Assembly: GCA_902785635.1 (NCBI GenBank)
Contig: CACZZH010000001.1
Span: forward strand, 14,229-78,228
DNA from: an uncultured Lachnospiraceae bacterium
GTDB taxonomy: Bacteria > Bacillota > Clostridia > Lachnospirales > Lachnospiraceae
Reading direction: 5' to 3'
Length of the DNA stretch: 64,000 nucleotides
The position numbers were made by a program, and so were the translations under genes. Under the pieces are notes generated by a model. The model saw only the letters and a program-made list of their open reading frames with translations, was not told where the DNA came from and did not search any database. Positions within the stretch are counted from its first letter, which is position 1; each line of letters starts with the position of its first letter. Shown here piece after piece: positions 61,905 through 64,000 of this stretch.

Positions 61905-64000
61905 CTATCTGAAATATGCCACTCCCGCTTCAAACAGCTTCATATCCTGTTCGCCCGTAATATTGAGGGCAACACCATCTCCGCGGCGTTCACTGTGGCA
62001 CATCTTTCCCAGCACTCTTCCATCCGGACTGATAATGCCTTCGATTCCCATGTAGGATCCGTTGACATTCCATTCGTCATCCATAGATGCCTGCCCGCTG
62101 CAGTCGGCATAGACTGTAGCGATCTGTCCGCCCAGCGTCAGAGTGCGAAGCCAGTCGGGCGATGCCACAAATCTTCCCTCGCCGTGCGAAGCCGGATTCA
62201 CATAAGTCTCTCCCGGAACCGCCAGCGCCAGCCAGGGCGATTTATTTGTCATCACTTTCGTATATACCATTCTGGACACATGACGCCCGATGGTATTGAA
62301 CGTAAGCGTCGGTGAGTCTTCCTTCTGACCCACGATCTCGCCATAGGGTACCAGGCCAAGCTTGATCAGCGCCTGGAAACCGTTGCAGATGCCGAGAGCA
62401 AGGCCGTCCCGTTCTTTCAGAAGACGCATCACCGCTTCTTTTATCTTCTCATTCTGGAAGGCGGTGGCAAAGAACTTTGCGGACCCGTCCGGCTCATCAC
62501 CGGCCGAAAAACCGCCCGGGAACATAATGATCTGCGCCTGGCTGATCGCTTCGGCATATTCCTCTACCGATTCGCGGATATCCGCTGCCGTAAGGTTGCG
62601 GAACACCCTCACATCCGTCACTGCCCCTGCCCGTTCAAATGCAGCTGCACTGTCAAATTCACAGTTCGTCCCGGGGAATACCGGAATAAACACTCTCGGG
62701 GAAGCGATCTTATGGGAGGAAATGATCGTGCACCCGCGGCGGTAAACGCCGTCCGGATCCGGCCCTTCTCCCTCTTCCGCTTTGAACAGCCAGGATGTCG
62801 GGCCGTCGCTCCTGTTCGAAGAAGGTCTGGTGCGGAATACTTTTTCAAGGGGCTTTTCCCAGGCAGCCAGAGCGGTTTCCAGATCGATGCATTCCTCTCC
62901 GTAGCAAAGTTCTTTTTGCTGTGTGACCGTACCGATCACGCGGCCCTGCGCACAAAGCTGTCCGTCTTCTTCCCGGACCTCCGCAAGAATATTGCCAAAC
63001 CCCGGTGCGAACAGCTCTTCCGCTGAAAGAGCCTCTGCATCAAGTGCTGCTCCAAGGCCGTTTCCGAAAGCCATCTGGGCAAGGGCGGATGCAATTCCAT
63101 GTCCGTCCAGCGCCCAGGCAGAGAGCACCTTTCCGGAACAGATATCCTTGTGCAGGTCCCCGTAAAGCTGAAGCGCCTGCGCATAATCCGGCAGGTCCCA
63201 GGCATCTCTTTGCACGGTAAAGAGGACAAGACGGCTCCCGGCTTTTTTCAGTTCCGGCGAGATCACTTCCTTGGCATTTCCGGTGTCCACTGCGAAAGAG
63301 ACCAGCGTAGGAGGTACATCGATCTCCTGGAAAGTACCGGACATGCTGTCCTTTCCTCCGATGGAAGGAAGCCCCAGCGCCATCTGCGCGCGATAAGCCC
63401 CGAGCAGTGCTGAGAGCGGCTGGCTCCAGCGGTGTGCATCCTCTGTCATCCTGCGGAAATATTCCTGGAAAGTGAAGCGGATCTTCGTAACATCTCCGCC
63501 CGCAGCCGCGATCTTCGCCACGGATTCCAGTACCGCATACGATGCGCCATGGAAGGGGCTCCAGCTGGACAGGTAAGGATCAAAGCCATAACTCATCATT
63601 GTGACCATATCACATTTCCTGCCGCCGGTGGGCAGCTTCGCCACCATGGTCTGTGTCTGCGTGCGCTGATATCTGCCTCCATAAGGCATCAGCACCGTTC
63701 CCGCGCCGATGGAACTGTCAAACATTTCCACCAGACCTCGCTGTGAGCAGCAGTTCAGATCGCCCAGCGTTTCCAGCCAGCGTTCTTTTACGCTCTTTCC
63801 CTGATCGCTGCGCGGCAGGAAGTAGCTGTTCTTTCTGCGGGGGATCTCCACCACCGCATCGGTCTCCTGGTGCGCGCCATTGGTATCGAGAAATGCTCTG
63901 GAAAGATTAACGATCTCTTTGCCGCGCCATGTGAGAACCAGCCTGGGCTGCTCTGTCACAACAGCGACCTTCGTCGCCTCCAGGTTTTCTTCCCGTGCAT
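61905..64000 (-). CDS. purL: Phosphoribosylformylglycinamidine synthase (single-chain large PurL); N-terminal part lies beyond the window
   Basis: AIR-synthase-like repeat followed by a C-terminal glutaminase domain (LGICNGFQALIKLGL, catalytic Cys). The frame stays open to position 64000. Confidence 0.9.
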   Translation of the reverse strand, partial: AREENLEATKVAVVTEQPRLVLTWRGKEIVNLSRAFLDTNGAHQETDAVVEIPRRKNSYFLPRSDQGKSVKERWLETLGDLNCCSQRGLVEMFDSSIGAGTVLMPYGGRYQRTQTQTMVAKLPTGGRKCDMVTMMSYGFDPYLSSWSPFHGASYAVLESVAKIAAAGGDVTKIRFTFQEYFRRMTEDAHRWSQPLSALLGAYRAQMALGLPSIGGKDSMSGTFQEIDVPPTLVSFAVDTGNAKEVISPELKKAGSRLVLFTVQRDAWDLPDYAQALQLYGDLHKDICSGKVLSAWALDGHGIASALAQMAFGNGLGAALDAEALSAEELFAPGFGNILAEVREEDGQLCAQGRVIGTVTQQKELCYGEECIDLETALAAWEKPLEKVFRTRPSSNRSDGPTSWLFKAEEGEGPDPDGVYRRGCTIISSHKIASPRVFIPVFPGTNCEFDSAAAFERAGAVTDVRVFRNLTAADIRESVEEYAEAISQAQIIMFPGGFSAGDEPDGSAKFFATAFQNEKIKEAVMRLLKERDGLALGICNGFQALIKLGLVPYGEIVGQKEDSPTLTFNTIGRHVSRMVYTKVMTNKSPWLALAVPGETYVNPASHGEGRFVASPDWLRTLTLGGQIATVYADCSGQASMDDEWNVNGSYMGIEGIISPDGRVLGKMCHSERRGDGVALNITGEQDMKLFEAGVAYFR

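Overview
This 64-kb chromosomal segment looks like a Clostridia / Lachnospiraceae-type Firmicute. That assignment is an inference from the protein families, AGGAGG-type ribosome-binding sites and mid-range GC content. I call 54 protein-coding genes, 42 of them on the minus strand and tightly packed. There are no rRNA or tRNA genes, no CRISPR array and no intact mobile element. Most of the content is housekeeping or transport: putP, guaA, hisS, hflX, rpiB, livHMGF plus a binding protein, proS, fumC, galT, purL (partial), a polar amino-acid ABC system, an iron-chelate/cobalamin-type ABC importer, a P1B metal-efflux operon, htrA, rubrerythrin and azlCD. One cis-regulatory RNA is unambiguous: an FMN riboswitch with its own promoter and terminator in front of an ECF riboflavin S-component (ribU). 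Several rho-independent terminators, sigma-A-like promoters and two palindromic operators can be read directly. I do not see a clear-cut novel multi-gene system such as a defence island, biosynthetic cluster or prophage. The best second-look candidates are: (1) an orphan double-glycine-leader peptide with an atypical acidic 56-aa core, sitting next to a PepSY protein and a 2-TM mini-protein (6.6-7.9 kb); (2) an AT-hook + ~420-aa disordered region + HNH nuclease, beside a catalytically degenerate RayT/IS200-like protein and a CapA-like protein with a ~395-aa acidic tail (56.3-61.9 kb); (3) an extracytoplasmic FMN_bind/FAD reductase of unknown substrate with a divergent LysR regulator; (4) a stand-alone LarC N-terminal domain with His-rich 33-bp tandem repeats; (5) a binding-protein/type-II-permease fusion with a membrane-topology problem; (6) a CX3CX3CX3C insert in HisRS. 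Many long ORFs in the track are antisense shadows of real genes and were rejected. Many track starts are GTG/TTG extensions, and I moved these to ATG codons that have a ribosome-binding site.
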